A stretch of DNA of 64,000 nt, from NCBI GenBank assembly GCA_030141605.1, contig JAQGDQ010000921.1, forward strand, positions 1-64,000. The letters run 5' to 3'. Source of the stretch: Tubiluchus corallicola. Its lineage: Eukaryota; Animalia; Priapulida. Below the pieces are notes generated by a model. The model saw only the letters and a list, made by a program, of their open reading frames with translations, was not told the DNA's origin and ran no database searches. Within the stretch, counting starts at the first letter, position 1, and every line of letters begins with the position of its first letter. The translations under genes were made by a program, and so were the position numbers. Below are positions 28,352 to 41,154 of this stretch, piece after piece.

Positions 28352-28953
28352 AGCACAAAAAACACCCCTCTTACATAAAACTTAAAAAATCGTCTTCACA
28401 TTTGATACCAGTTACATACTGCCTTTTTGCATGTAGGGCTTGCGTCAGCAGTAACGCTGTATAAAACATGCAACTTTAAAATCCCGCAACGACCGTTAGA
28501 CGATGCCATTTTGACGATAAGTCGTTTGAAACAAGTTTAGATAACACAGAGTAAAGTTTGAAAAAATAATCAAAGCACTCGTAGCGCACATAACTAACTA
28601 AGTAAAATTTACTGTATCTTGTAAACAAGATTAGAAATAAGTTTGTTGGTTAGTGAGTGGTGCACCCTGGAGGTGAGTCAACGACATTTTACTAATTGGC
28701 ACGAACATTTTAAATAATTATTTGCAGTTACATAAGTCTTTGATACGGATAAGCGAAATGCTAAGTAATGTAACTTTGCATGGAAATTTTTTTGAGACAT
28801 AATTTAACATTTCCTTTTCTTCCCATGATTTATGAAAGCAATCTAATATTCCTTTGAACGCGAGTACGACATGCGCATAAAACTGCTATAAAGTAAAACA
28901 ATTTTTAAGGCGATTTTGCTGTAACCTGCCCCGGGTACCCCTTTTCTTGTCCT
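28352..28953 (+). mobile_element. Kolobok-like MITE family 1
   Basis: Same termini and internal motifs (GAGTGGTGCACCCTG) as the other copies; ends CTTTTCTTGTCCT|TTAA. Confidence 0.75.
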
Positions 28954-29165
28954 TTAAAGGACTTGATTTTATTATTGTGACAAACCAACTATTATTTACG
29001 ATAGTTTTGTTTACTTGTTTGTCACCTTTTCATTTCACAGTTAAGTTGTTTATAGAGATAGCTGTAGCACTTGCTAGTGTAATTTGCTTGCATTATAGTA
29101 ATCACTATAGTAGTACTGTATTGTTAGTCTAATTATTGTAATAGTACAGGAGTCACTCACTAACA

Positions 29166-30172
29166 ACCCCCCCCCCTCGTCATGTGGTTGTGTTCTGCAA
29201 TACCTGCGATACTCGCGGCTTATTTCAAATGTGTGAAACCTGTACAGGTATGAAGTGTACATGATACATACTTTACAGCTATAGTCTGAGACGTGCAACC
29301 TGGCAGTCAGTCGGCCGTTATTGAAAGGCCTAGGTCACGTAAAATGACCATCGTTTGATCTTCACATGTCTGTGAACAGACAGTCAGAAATGTCGATTAG
29401 CATCGTCGATGTTATAGTGCAGTAGACATCACTATTTCTTCTGTCAACAGCCATTGTTTACAGTGCTGACGGGTCTATGTCGAATACGTTGCTTTGGTTT
29501 GATGAGGTGATTACCGTTACTGTCATTGTCCGAGGATTCGTTCAAACCTGAAGTCACGCTAAAGTTTATGGTGGACAGTCCACTGTTGGTGGAGCAAACT
29601 ATAGTTGGTAAATCCATGGATGTTACCCCACAGGTTAGCAGCTGCCGTTTCACACAATGTTCATGGAGTGTCTGGTAAGACAAGACTTTTGTACTTTTGC
29701 TCAGCGTTTGTTAGCTAGCATTATTCTGTTTGTATATGGTCATCGTTGGATTGCCGTCATCATTTGCACGTGCTGCCCCCACTAACACCTCCCCTCTCTA
29801 ATATTAGACTAGAGAATATATTTGCTTTATTTGCTGTACTGTGATTGATTGTTATTGTTAACTATTTCTTTTCTCCTGGTTAGAATCAGTTAAAGTAGTA
29901 ATCAATTAAATTTTGTTATACACAGCTTAATAGTTGGTTTGGTATTCTATCTACCATCGAATATTACTAGCTCATTAAGACTCCTAGGCTTGGGTTCCGC
30001 GTGCCCTCGTATGAAACAACAAAGCCTTAGCCCGACTCCAGGATTCTAGTAGTAAATTATCTAACACTATAGAACCCCAGAACCACGTGTTACACCTAGT
30101 TTATAGGGCGGTCGTGCCTGCTTTTCGTGACATTGAGAATCAGAGTATGTTACCTATAGACGTGGCGTCACA
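29166..30172 (+). mobile_element. Gypsy LTR (left arm of a ~1-kb inverted pair)
   Basis: Ends ...GTCACA, followed by AG and the PBS. Near-identical reverse complement at 32045-33075. 5' terminus is degenerate. Confidence 0.8.
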
Positions 30173-30174
30173 AG

Positions 30175-30184
30175 TGGTGGCAGC
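30175..30184 (+). promoter_or_regulatory. Primer-binding site, tRNA-Leu-like
   Basis: TGGTGGCAGC, 2 nt after the LTR end; complementary to the 3' end (..GCUGCCACCA) of animal tRNA-Leu. Confidence 0.7.
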
Positions 30185-30764
30185 TTATGGTCTTATATAA
30201 CTGCTTTTTACTCTGTGCCTTGTATAAGCCTTTAAATTAGGGAGAGGCATTTTGTACAAGTAGTTTTCTTGAACCTATTGGGGAAATTATATTCCGATGC
30301 AAACGTGAACTTGGTATTTTTCACGTTGCATTTAGTACAGTTTCGTTTTGCTTGAATTTTGTGCTAGCTTTACACACGTGCAGGGAAGCCAGGGTAGTGA
30401 TAATAGAACTTGTTTTACACATAGCCTTACGGCCAGCAAGCATAGATAGTTTTATTAACTGGCTGGCAATAATAATTTGACCCAGAAAAGTAAAATTAGT
30501 AAATCAGCCTGTAGCATAGTGATTATAATGTTGTACAGAAATTGTTCATGTTCACTTTGCATGGTTGTAACATTTACCTGGTAGCGTATGCTCACTTCTT
30601 GACTTATTGAAGTTTTGATTTGCTCTTTATAAGCGTTAATGCCTATATTTTACTAATCTAGTTGTTAACTGAACAGTGCTGTTAGTTTTTGCACATAACT
30701 TTGACAACTTTGAAGTCATTTCTTTGAACATTTGTTCTTTTGCTTACGTAACATTTATGTTATC

Positions 30765-32049
30765 ATGGCTAGTGAACTTTTTACAGCTGAAGAGTTGCAT
30801 AAAATGATCAAGGGTGAATTATTTGACATAGCAGGTGACATGGGTTTGGCTATAGACCCAAAAGCCAGAAAAGAAAACATTATGCAATTAATTCTTGAAA
30901 CACAACAGATTTCAATTCCATATCCACTTGATTTTGCACTGTCAAATATGCAATCATTATTAAATTCAGCAGAGCCAGCAAATGCAGCGACAGGTGTTGC
31001 AGGTCACATAGGATTTGATGGGGCTGATTAGTTCTACTCCTAAAGCAGTCCCAAATAAAGTTGTAGAATTTAAGGCTTTCAGCTCACCTACTGCATCAAT
31101 TTGCCTGAATTTGATCCATTTGCAGTTCAATAACCAGTTAAAATGCCTGTGCATGCGAATGCGCAGCCTGATATTAAATTATCAGAACGTTAACTGAAAA
31201 TTAAACACCAAGAGCTGATCTTAGAAACACAAAAAATTGGGCTGGAAAAACTAAAGTTGCAAATGCAGACGACGTCTAACGTAGTAAACAATTTGCAAAC
31301 AACAGTAAATGCTACACAAGACAAAAGCACAATAATCAAATTCAGAAATTTTGATGAAGAAAACAGAAGACATCTTGTCGTTTGTAGATGAATTCGAAAT
31401 CTGTATGCGAGTCAACAAAGTCCCAATTGCGCAGTATGTTCCTAACTTGGCTAGAGTTCTGTCGGGTCGTGCTGCCTTAGTTTGCAAGATGTTGATCAGT
31501 CTCAAATATTCAATTATGATGTTGCTAAGGTGCAAACTTTGAATGCATACAAATTGTCGAAGGATGCATATCGCACGGCATTCAGAAACATATTTAAACT
31601 GAAAAAGGAAACGCACAGAAGTTACTTTAACAGAGTGCGGAAAGCGGGCATGCCATGGCTTAAAGTAGCGAATGCAGAATCCAAAGAGCAAATTGGAGAC
31701 CTCTTCTTCCTTGAACAAGCATTGTCTAAGCTCCCAGAAGACATGGTTTCTTATCTTCGTAGGCTAGCTCACATGTCATACTTAGAAATAGCGGAGCAAG
31801 CAGACTATTGGAGCTCATTTAATGATGCAGCAGTTTTGCAGAAAAATGAATTATCTAAAAGGACACATGGCAATGCTAAAAACAATGAGTCGGATCATGA
31901 ATCACAGGGCTAAATGTTACCATTGTGGGAAAACAGGACATGTGAAACTCGACTGCCCAGTGAAAAAGCAAGAGTCCACACAAGCTTTTCAAAATGACTC
32001 AAAGAAGAAGCAAAAACCTAGAGGTGATTTCAAGAAACAATCCTTGTGA
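30765..32049 (+). pseudogene. Gypsy (Gmr1/SCAN-related) gag, frameshifted; no pol
   Basis: MASELFTAEELHKM..IA..GL N-terminal helical motif; capsid-like FDEE..SFVDEFE..LSGRA..YD..K...L.AY.LS.DAYR..FR segment split over several frames; zinc knuckle CYHCGKTGHVKLDC at ~31915-31956. Confidence 0.85.
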
Positions 32050-33075
32050 CTCCATTGTCTATAGGTAATGTACTATGATTCACAATGTCATGAAAAGCAG
32101 GCACGACCGCCCTATAAACAAGGTGTAACACGTGGTTCTGGGGTTCTCTAGTGTTAGATAATTTACTACTAGAATCCTGGAGTCGGGCTAAGGCTTTGTT
32201 GTTTCATACGGGGGCACGCGGAACCCGAGCCTAGGAGTCTTAATGAGCCAGTAATATTCGATGGTAGATAGAATACCAAACCAACTATTAAGCTATATAT
32301 AACAAAATTTAATTGATTACTACTTTAACGGGATATTAACCAGGAGAAAAGAAATAGTTAACAATAACAATCAATCAGAGTACAGCAAATAAGCAAATAT
32401 ATTCTCTAGTCTAATAATAGAGAGGGGAGGTGTTAGTGGGGGCAGCACGTGCAAATGATGATGCACTCTTGATGACGACAATCCAACGATGACCATATAC
32501 AAACAGAATAATGCTAGCTAACAAACGCTGAGCAAAAGTACAAAAGTCTTGGCTTACCAGACACTTCATGAACATCATGTGAAACGGCAGCTGCTAACCT
32601 GTGGGGTAACATCCATGGATTTACCAACTATGGTTTGCTCCACCAACAATGGACTGTCCACCATAAACTTTAGCGTGACTTCAGGTTTGAACGAATAATC
32701 GGAAAATGACGGTAACGGTAACCACCTCATCAAACCAAAACAACGTACTCGACATAGACAAGTCAGCACTGTAAACAATGGCTGTTGACAGAAGAAACAG
32801 CGACGTCCACTGCACGAAAAACATCGATGATGTTAATCGACATTTCTGACTGTCTTTTCACAGACATGTGAAGATCAAACGATGGTCATTTTACGTGACC
32901 TAGGTCTTTCAATAACCGCCGACTGACTGCCAGGTTGCACGTCTCAGGCTATAGCTGTAAAGTATGTATCATGTACACTTCATACCTGTACGGGTTTCGC
33001 ACATTTGAAATAAGCCGCGAGTATCACAAGTATTGCAGAACACAACCACAAGACGAGGGGGGAGTCGTGTTGACA
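32045..33075 (-). mobile_element. Gypsy LTR, inverted copy (right arm)
   Basis: Reverse complement of 29166-30172; TGTGAC at 32045 and TGACA at 33071-33075. Differences include CpG-type transitions and a ~15-bp indel near 32460. Confidence 0.85.
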
Positions 33076-33109
33076 AAAACTATAACAGTAGAGAAACAGT
33101 AGAGAAAAT

Positions 33110-33120
33110 TGGTAGCAGAG
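33110..33120 (+). promoter_or_regulatory. Primer-binding site, initiator tRNA-Met
   Basis: TGGTAGCAGAG matches the complement of the animal tRNAi-Met 3' end; lies ~140 bp upstream of the second Bel/Pao coding region. Confidence 0.75.
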
Positions 33121-33256
33121 AGTAGTTGGTTTTCTGCTAATCAGTGGGCGACGATACTTGTATGCAGTCTACGCTTACCAAGAAAGAGCGATCGTTTACT
33201 CGCTAGGACGTCTGTTTACCGGTAAATAATTTTGAACATTTTCGCAATGACTAATT

Positions 33257-36200
33257 ATGGCTAAAACAACAAATGCATAAACTGTCTCAAAGTGTTGCAA
33301 GTGGGTTGATATGTGACAGCTGTGAACGTTGGTGGTGCATAAACTGTTTAAACCTAAAGCAAGATCATGTACTAACAGAGAAACTTTATGAGGCATTAAG
33401 TAAGCTGAGCGAATTTCAATGGGCATGCGAGAAATGTTGCGAAAATAATTTACTAATTCAGCTGGTGAAATCGGGAACGTTTACTACAAAGCAGTTGTCC
33501 GAATTCGGTTGCAATGGTGACGTCATCAATGTAATTCAAGCTACGAAACCAACTGATAAGGTCGAAGTAATGTCTGACGAAAATCAAACGGAAGCCACTT
33601 CGCTGCCAACACAGCGAAATGCTGCATCCAGGGGTCAAGTATTGCTGAATGAAACTACGTCACAGGTGAATCAACCAGCGCAGGGCGGAATCGCTGTCAC
33701 AACAAGACGTTACACTTGCAATGATGCAAATATTTCCAGAAATAAACTGAGATGCGCCTTTTATGAAAAAAGACAATCACTACAGTGACGAATGCGGGAA
33801 GGTGGTAGATTCAAAATAATAGCCAATGCTAAAAGATGCTACAAATGTTTGAGTACCCGGCACTTAATGAAAGACTGCAACAGACAGAAGCCATGTTTCC
33901 ACTGCAAAAGTACCAGTCACAACTCAGCGCCCTGCGAGAAACGAGAGAAGATTTGATCTTCCCAACATTTATCGGTACAGACAGAAACAAGCGTCACTGA
34001 AACCATAGTTAAGCAGCATGATTTCCACGTCACCTATCCAGCAGAGGAAGGCATTGTGATGCCAGCGTTTCCATGCATAGCAGTGAATCCGCAAACTGAA
34101 GAGGCTCGTGAAGTTTTTGTCTACGTTGATGGTGGAGCCAAACATTCAAGTATCAGCGACGAAGCAGCTTCTAGACTTAATTTGTTACGCATAAGAAGAT
34201 ACAAGTTAGTAACATCACGCTTTAACACAGATGTAATAGAGGCAGTACAGTCGAGTAAAGTGAAGTTCATTCTAAAGGGGTCTAAAGATTTTAGCCTGCA
34301 AATTCAAGCTTATACAATTCCAAAGCTAGCGCCTCCATTCCAAGTAGAGCCAATTCGACTAGACGCACAAGCTTGGGAAAAAGTTCGGCAGCTAGGACTA
34401 TTGAACTTGCCACCACGAAGCAACACCCAGAGAAGAATTGATGTCATCATTGGACAAGATTTCATCAACCACATTATGGGACCAATGATTCCAGCTACCC
34501 ATATTCAGAATGATTTGTTTTGCTCATCGCAGTCCATTAGGAGATTTTCTAGCCGGAAAAACTACGATACTGGAAATGAATTACGATTCTACGCCAGTTG
34601 TCGCGCCTAATTTATTTTGCTATACTGCTATAGAAGATGTTGCAGACTCGACACAGTTAGAACAAGTAGGAATAAGCAAACAGTCTGATTTGTCACAGAA
34701 GGATCACGAAGTTATCCGGAAATTTAGAGAAACAATTGAATTCAAGCATGGGCGTTACAAAGTTGGTTTTCCATGGAAACATCCTACACAGCATTTGGTT
34801 TCGAACTATCACGTAGCAAAGAAAAGACTTGAGTCTACACTAAAGATGTTAGCTCCTAATGGATCACCAACACGTCACTACGCTACGTACAATGAAACTA
34901 TCAACAACCAGCTTCATCAAGGAATAATTGAGTTAGTTACTCAGCCTACAACAGAACGACGCTTTATACACTACATAGTGCATTTTCCAGTGATAAACGA
35001 AAATCGTACTTCTACTCAAGTTCGCATCGTGTACGACGCTAGTGACAAGAACAAAGCTGATGGTAAAAGCTTGAACGACCTAATACATGCTGGACCATGT
35101 CTACTTGCTAACCTGGTTGGAATTTTACTACGTTTTCGCCTGTTTGAAATTGTCATGGTAGCAGACATTGAAAAAGCGTTCCATTAAGTTTCACTAGTGG
35201 AAGCAGACAGAGATACTGTCAGATTTCTATGACTGAAAGATCCATCACAGCCTGACACAGTGGACAATATCAAAGTATATCGCTTTACCAGACTTCCATT
35301 TGGTGTCAATGCTTCTTCATTTTTATTACTAGCTACGATACTATATCACTTACAACAAAACCCGGGAACACTAGCAAATAGACTACAACAAAATATGTAT
35401 GTGGACAATGTCATTTTAGAAGTTGTGCATGGAGAAGACCCTATGGAGATATACCAGTCAGCGAAGAACCTATTTGATATGCAGCAATGAATCTACGCCA
35501 GTGGCTGTCAAATCATCTCAAGCTTAATGAAGCTCTACCGCAATGGGACCGACAACAAGGTACTACAGTGAAAGTACTGGGAATTATTTGGGACACTGCT
35601 AATGATGTAATGAGACCACAGTACACATTTCAACCACTAGAAGTCTATACCAGAAGACTAGCAATGCAACAGCTTGCTCGACTATATGATCCGCTTGGAA
35701 TCTATCTGCCAGTAACCATCAAAGGAAAGATTTTGCTACACAAAATGGCTAAACAGAAGTTCGGTCTAGATGAGCCAGTCACAGCTTCAATGGTTTTAGA
35801 GTGGCAGCAATTAGGAGAAGAACTGAAAAACATTCCACAAATAACACTTCCGCGCAGAGTCATCATGGATAGACAAGTTCCTGTTCAACTACTATGCTTC
35901 ACAGAGGCCAGTAAAGATGCATATTGCGCTTGCATCTATATTCATCAACGTTTAGATAACCACGTTATATCTTCATTAGCATTTGCGAAGTCTCAAGTAG
36001 CGACATTGACAGTTAGTCAAACTCTACCACGACTAGAACTAGAAGCCGTTCTAATAGGATGCAGAATGCTTCGATTTGTAGAAAAGCAGATTGATCAACC
36101 ATTGCTAGATAAGCACTTATGGACAGATTCACAAATTGTGCTCTGTTGGATTCACTCGTCCAAAGTTTTACCACCCTATATAGAAAGACGCCGAAGTGAA

Positions 36201-36320
36201 ATAATGTCTATGGATGATATGCAGTTTAGATACATCGACACTAATGCCAATCCTGCTGATTGGGGCACACGCAGAATCTCAGCAAAAAATTATGTGAGTG
36301 CAACTGGATTTGTGGACCGA
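33257..36320 (+). pseudogene. Decayed Bel/Pao polyprotein (PHD finger, knuckles, protease, RT, RNase H; integrase missing)
   Basis: PHD (CINC / CDSC..WWC..C / WACEKC), knuckles (RCYKCL..H..C, CFHC..H..C), protease VDGGA, RT (YIVHFPV, RIVYDAS, DIEKAF, YVDN), RNase H (LPRLEL, WTDSQ, NPADWGTR). Multiple stops and frameshifts; homology ends at ~36320. Confidence 0.92.
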
Positions 36321-38944
36321 ATGGTTATTTACCTATATTTCTGTGGAAACTTCTGTATCATTAAACGTTTAAAGTATATTCTACTGTTATACCTTTTGTC
36401 AACACGGAAAAATTGGTGTTCTTAAGTGTTCTTATTAGCTAATCTACATGCAACAATGCAAATTACAAAATAGTTCACTGGGGGAATTTGTCATTAAGTC
36501 ACTTGCTTTAATTTTAAAATATTGATATTAAAATAATTTTACAGTTTGAGGTGTTTTTATTGATTTGAGGTAGATTCAAAATCAGTCAGTTAGACATTTT
36601 GATCAGTTAGACGTTTAAATTTTAAACTTCAGCGAAACATTCACAAAAAAGCGCGACCAGAATAGTATGAACCATAATCGTAGGGAAGGTTAATTATCAC
36701 TCCATAATTTTTGCATGAAATTCTTAATTAAACCCTTTAATAGTGTCTTATCTTTAACAATAATATCGCTAATTAGTAACGCTAATCTAAAGTTTACTTT
36801 AGTCTTTATTTGGTTGAGACAAGTTTACATTTAAATAGAGGTTACTAATTAGTTTTCCGAGTTAAACTGTAGAGTCGTGGCGTTACGAGAAGAAATTTAC
36901 TAAACTGGTAAGCCAGCCTACCATCAGAAAGATGCCTTACCAATCTTTTACCTACTGAAGTAAGCTTATGTATATATATATATATATATACAAAACATCG
37001 AAATCCTATGTACCACTATGGAACCAAAATATAATAGCCACAAATTTTTACAATAATTACACATATTAACTTTGGTCATTAGCAAACGTCTTTTTAATAA
37101 TTAAAATAAGAATAATTACATTTAATAATGTGGTTCACAGCGAAACCGAAAAAACAAACGAATTTATTGGAATAAAATGTACAAAATAAACTAAATGAAA
37201 ATGAATTAATTGAAGTTGTTATTACTGTTTCTATTAGAGGATTAAAATAAGCAAGTTGCCCACAAATATAGCAGCGCACACAAGTTTTTGCATTGAATTA
37301 CATTAAACGCAACGCAGCCACAAATTAATAAGCAAGAAATCAAAATTACTGTAATTTTCTTTGCACCGGAAAAAACAAAAACCAGGTTTTTCACATTATG
37401 AACAAATTCACACATCTTGCATTCAAGATCAACGGTAAAAACTATTTTTCACTTCACTAAGACATTTACAATTTTACACAAATGCGAGTTCAAACACCGC
37501 ATCACACACTTCACAGTTCTCTTTGCAGTGGAGTCTACGCCGCTAAATGTTGCACGGTAAAATGTTCGCTTTGGTTCAACGCCCGCAGAACTAGCAGCTA
37601 CTAATCACAGCCGAAACGTTCTGGATGGTAATTTTACCTGCAGTTTAGTTTTGCTCCGCCTTAAAAAGTTTGTAAAATTCTCGCTCATAAAATTGCGAAA
37701 ATAATATTAATAAATTACTTTTTGTGAGCTAAAAATTTAAAAATTTGCGACAAATAAAAAAATTGTGGCACGTTTTGATCGCCTTTTTTGTCCGCACTAT
37801 TTTTATTTTTCCATAAAACAAAAGAATCATTTTTAATTAAATGACTTTAATTCGGCTAAAATGTGGATGTTTAAAATCCACGAGTTTCATGATGGTTCGT
37901 TTGTTATGATCTATTAAAGTTTTCCTGAATATTCTAGGGTTCTGTGTTAGCGATTATAACTATAATTATTTCATTTTATTATTGCGGAAATTATTTACTA
38001 TTCTAGGTAATTTTGCTTAAAACAACATTGTCAATTAATTAGCCCAGTAATTATGCCATAATTTATGCACCATACTGATGTACCAAGTTTATGCACCAAA
38101 TTACATTTAATTAGCTGAACAGTTTTTCTTTTAATTTTGCATCATGTGTAAATTTTGAAAGACTGCTGTCCAAGAGCTTTATTATTACTTTATGCACGTA
38201 CATTAAAATTTATTTGACTGTTGACAAACTACTCAATTGTGAAAATTCATATAAATTGAGGTATTGACAAAAATTAAACTTAGTTAGCTAATATAAATAG
38301 CAGATGTAATTTAAAAGGCTTAAACAATATTATGTCGTTTCTATTATGTGAAAATGTATATAATTACGTCAGCGGTAACTTATAAACGGATAAATTTCAT
38401 ACGGTTTGTTTCACAATTTTGAAAATGAGTTTTATAATATTGATGCTGTATAAATTAGAATCATTCTGAGCGGAACAGATGAGACGGAATGCGATATTCG
38501 CCAGTAGATGGCAGTAAAAAACAAGGTCTCTCTTTAGTGTGATAGTTTGTTTAAAATCTTTCTTCATCCGATTTCATAGGTTGATTAATAATTTCATTAA
38601 TTAACAAATATATTTACCACCCAGAAATCACGTTATATTATCAGGCGTTTGCTTTGTTTACGCTTAGCGTAATATTTTATATTGTCTTTTAATTTAGGCA
38701 AAATGTCATTTATTTGTCTCCTTTAACCCAATTTCTGAGGCTTTTTTTTTTTTATTTTTTCTGTATTTTTGTTTGAAATTCGTTTTATTTGAAGGTTTTA
38801 TCTTGTTGCAGTTTTATCGTTTATTCAATTCCAATGAAACAAACTTGTGCAGTATTTATTTAATTGTGCCTTTGGAACTTTCATTACAGTCTAATGCCGA
38901 AATAATAATACGAAATCAACAAATACACAAAGATAAAAATATTG

Positions 38945-38947
38945 AAT

Positions 38948-38980
<33 letters not shown>

Positions 38981-39069
38981 AATAATAACAATAATAATAA
39001 ATAAATAAATAATAATAATAACAATAATAATAAATAATACTAATAATAATAATATTAATAATAATAATA

Positions 39070-39150
<81 letters not shown>

Positions 39151-39187
39151 TTAATAATAATAATGACAACAGAAACAACAACAACAA
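38945..39187 (+). repeat. Compound (AAC)n/(AAT)n microsatellite
   Basis: Direct inspection. Confidence 0.95.
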
Positions 39188-39399
39188 GAATTGAAATCCA
39201 CGAATTTGAAACATATTTTGTAACATATATATATGTGTGTGTACCTTTATATAAATTTTATCTTCATTTTACAAATTTGTGTCATAGACGTTTCTTATTT
39301 GTGTTTTATTTGAAATGCATTGCGCTGGTCTCCTAAGACCTAAAAGGGCCAATGAATTTATAATAGCAGAACAGAAATCACAACGTCATGACAGGTTAT

Positions 39400-40311
39400 A
39401 GCATCTCGTTATCCCTGCTTCCAAAGCTGAAGAATGAGAAACTTTGACTTTATGCCGCAGGTTTTGCATTTCAGAGGAGCTTAAGATTTCAAAGCTTTTT
39501 TGTTTACAGATCAAAGCTTCTCGTTTGAATGCAGACGCTCATTTTCTAAATGACAGGTCAATTTACAAACACGACTAGCTCATCTCAACAACAAAAGCTT
39601 CATCCAGGTCTAAGCCGATTAACTCCAAGATAATTTGCTTTAATCCTAGAAAACAGGCAGCTAGTCAGTTCAGCAGAAATTATCTATATGATATTTTACA
39701 GGGTGAATGGCAATGATCCTAATAAGCAAAAAATTATGCTCGTAGAAATACCTAAAAATCAATGCAAGTAGAAAAACAACAAAAGCACATTCATTTTCAT
39801 AAACGCAGTCAGTAAAATAAAAAGTTACAGAATAAAAAATATTTTCTGTTAATCCGACATTCGTTGCTGCTGTGCGGCGATTATATGAAATCTGAATCTT
39901 AAAAAAAGTTTAACAATTTATGTCAGAATCATCCCTCAAGAAGTCATAAATTCGTTTTACACTTTACTAGATGTTATTGGTGTTACTGGTGTTATTACGC
40001 AATCACCCAACAATTAAGAATGGAGCTTATAGGATTAAGTTAAGAGATTAGCATGAACACGTCACTATCGTCAGTAAATCCAATAGGGGCTATTATTCTA
40101 TCCATGTTAAGGTATCAAAATTGGTTATTTTACCTTATGTGATCTTGACTATGTAAATTATAAAACGCAAACGTATGTCATGAAGAAAAAGTTGTTTAAT
40201 CGCACTGACCTGAATAATCGTGTAAAATTAGAGAGTGAACGAGAGTGTTCAGAAAACAGAGAAAGGGACAAGAAAGAGAAAAACAAAAATGTGCAAAACG
40301 AAGAGAGAGAT

Positions 40312-40362
<51 letters not shown>

Positions 40363-40660
40363 TTGAGAGTTGGGTTGGGGTAATGACATTTAAGGATTAA
40401 GATCACGATTGTTATCAGTGTTTGGATTCTGTAAGTTGAAGAGACTCTAATCCCTCAAAGCTGTTAGCGACACAGAGCGCTTATTTTTTTCTACCTGGAT
40501 GATCACTCTGTAAAGCTAATTTTCTAAATGACAGAAATTTGCAAACACTCCGCGTGGGAAAAGCTAATCCGAGTTTAAAACTGATTTTCTTTGTGATACG
40601 TGGCTTTAGTTTCGAAAATAGCCGCCTGGTGTCATTACACTAATCCGTTGTTTTTGGAAT
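39400..40660 (+). repeat. Paralogous non-coding module, copy 1 (contains (GA)n ~40300-40359)
   Basis: Aligns collinearly with 52605-54000 and 62960-64000 (e.g. TTGAATGCAGACGCTC, GCTAGTCAGTTCA, TAATGACATTTAAGGAT). Confidence 0.85.
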
Positions 40661-41154
40661 CTTCTTTAAAGTAAAGCGACCTGGGAGCAGATAAAATGCG
40701 CTCTCACATTTAGACTTAAAAGAGCAATTTGGGTTTTACTTTTAAAAGAAGATACGTCATCTTCTCCCCGAATACATCCTGTATTGAAACAATAGTAATA
40801 ATATTTACTAGGAAGTATAAAATATACCGTACAGAATAAAACTTTCACAGATAAAAAACCAATTTATTATACAAACATTGTGTTTTAGCTGGTCTATGTG
40901 GTTTTTGAAATGATCAGTAATCAAATAATAAATGTAAACGACAGATTTAAACTTTAAAACATTCTAAGTGACAAAATAATATATAAAAAACCTTGTTATA
41001 AACTATACTACTACAGCCATAAATTATAAACAAAACTCTCATTTTTTTTATTTTAAAAATCAATTTATTAACTTTAAAGGAAAACCGGACGATTGTTTAG
41101 ACTCAATCTCATTTTAATTTACTGTAATTTACTGTCCAAAATACGGCAACTGAA

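Noticed and set aside
29166-33075. DIRS-type element (inverted terminal repeats)
   Set aside because: A tRNA PBS and Gypsy-type gag are present; no tyrosine recombinase, RT or internal complementary region was seen.
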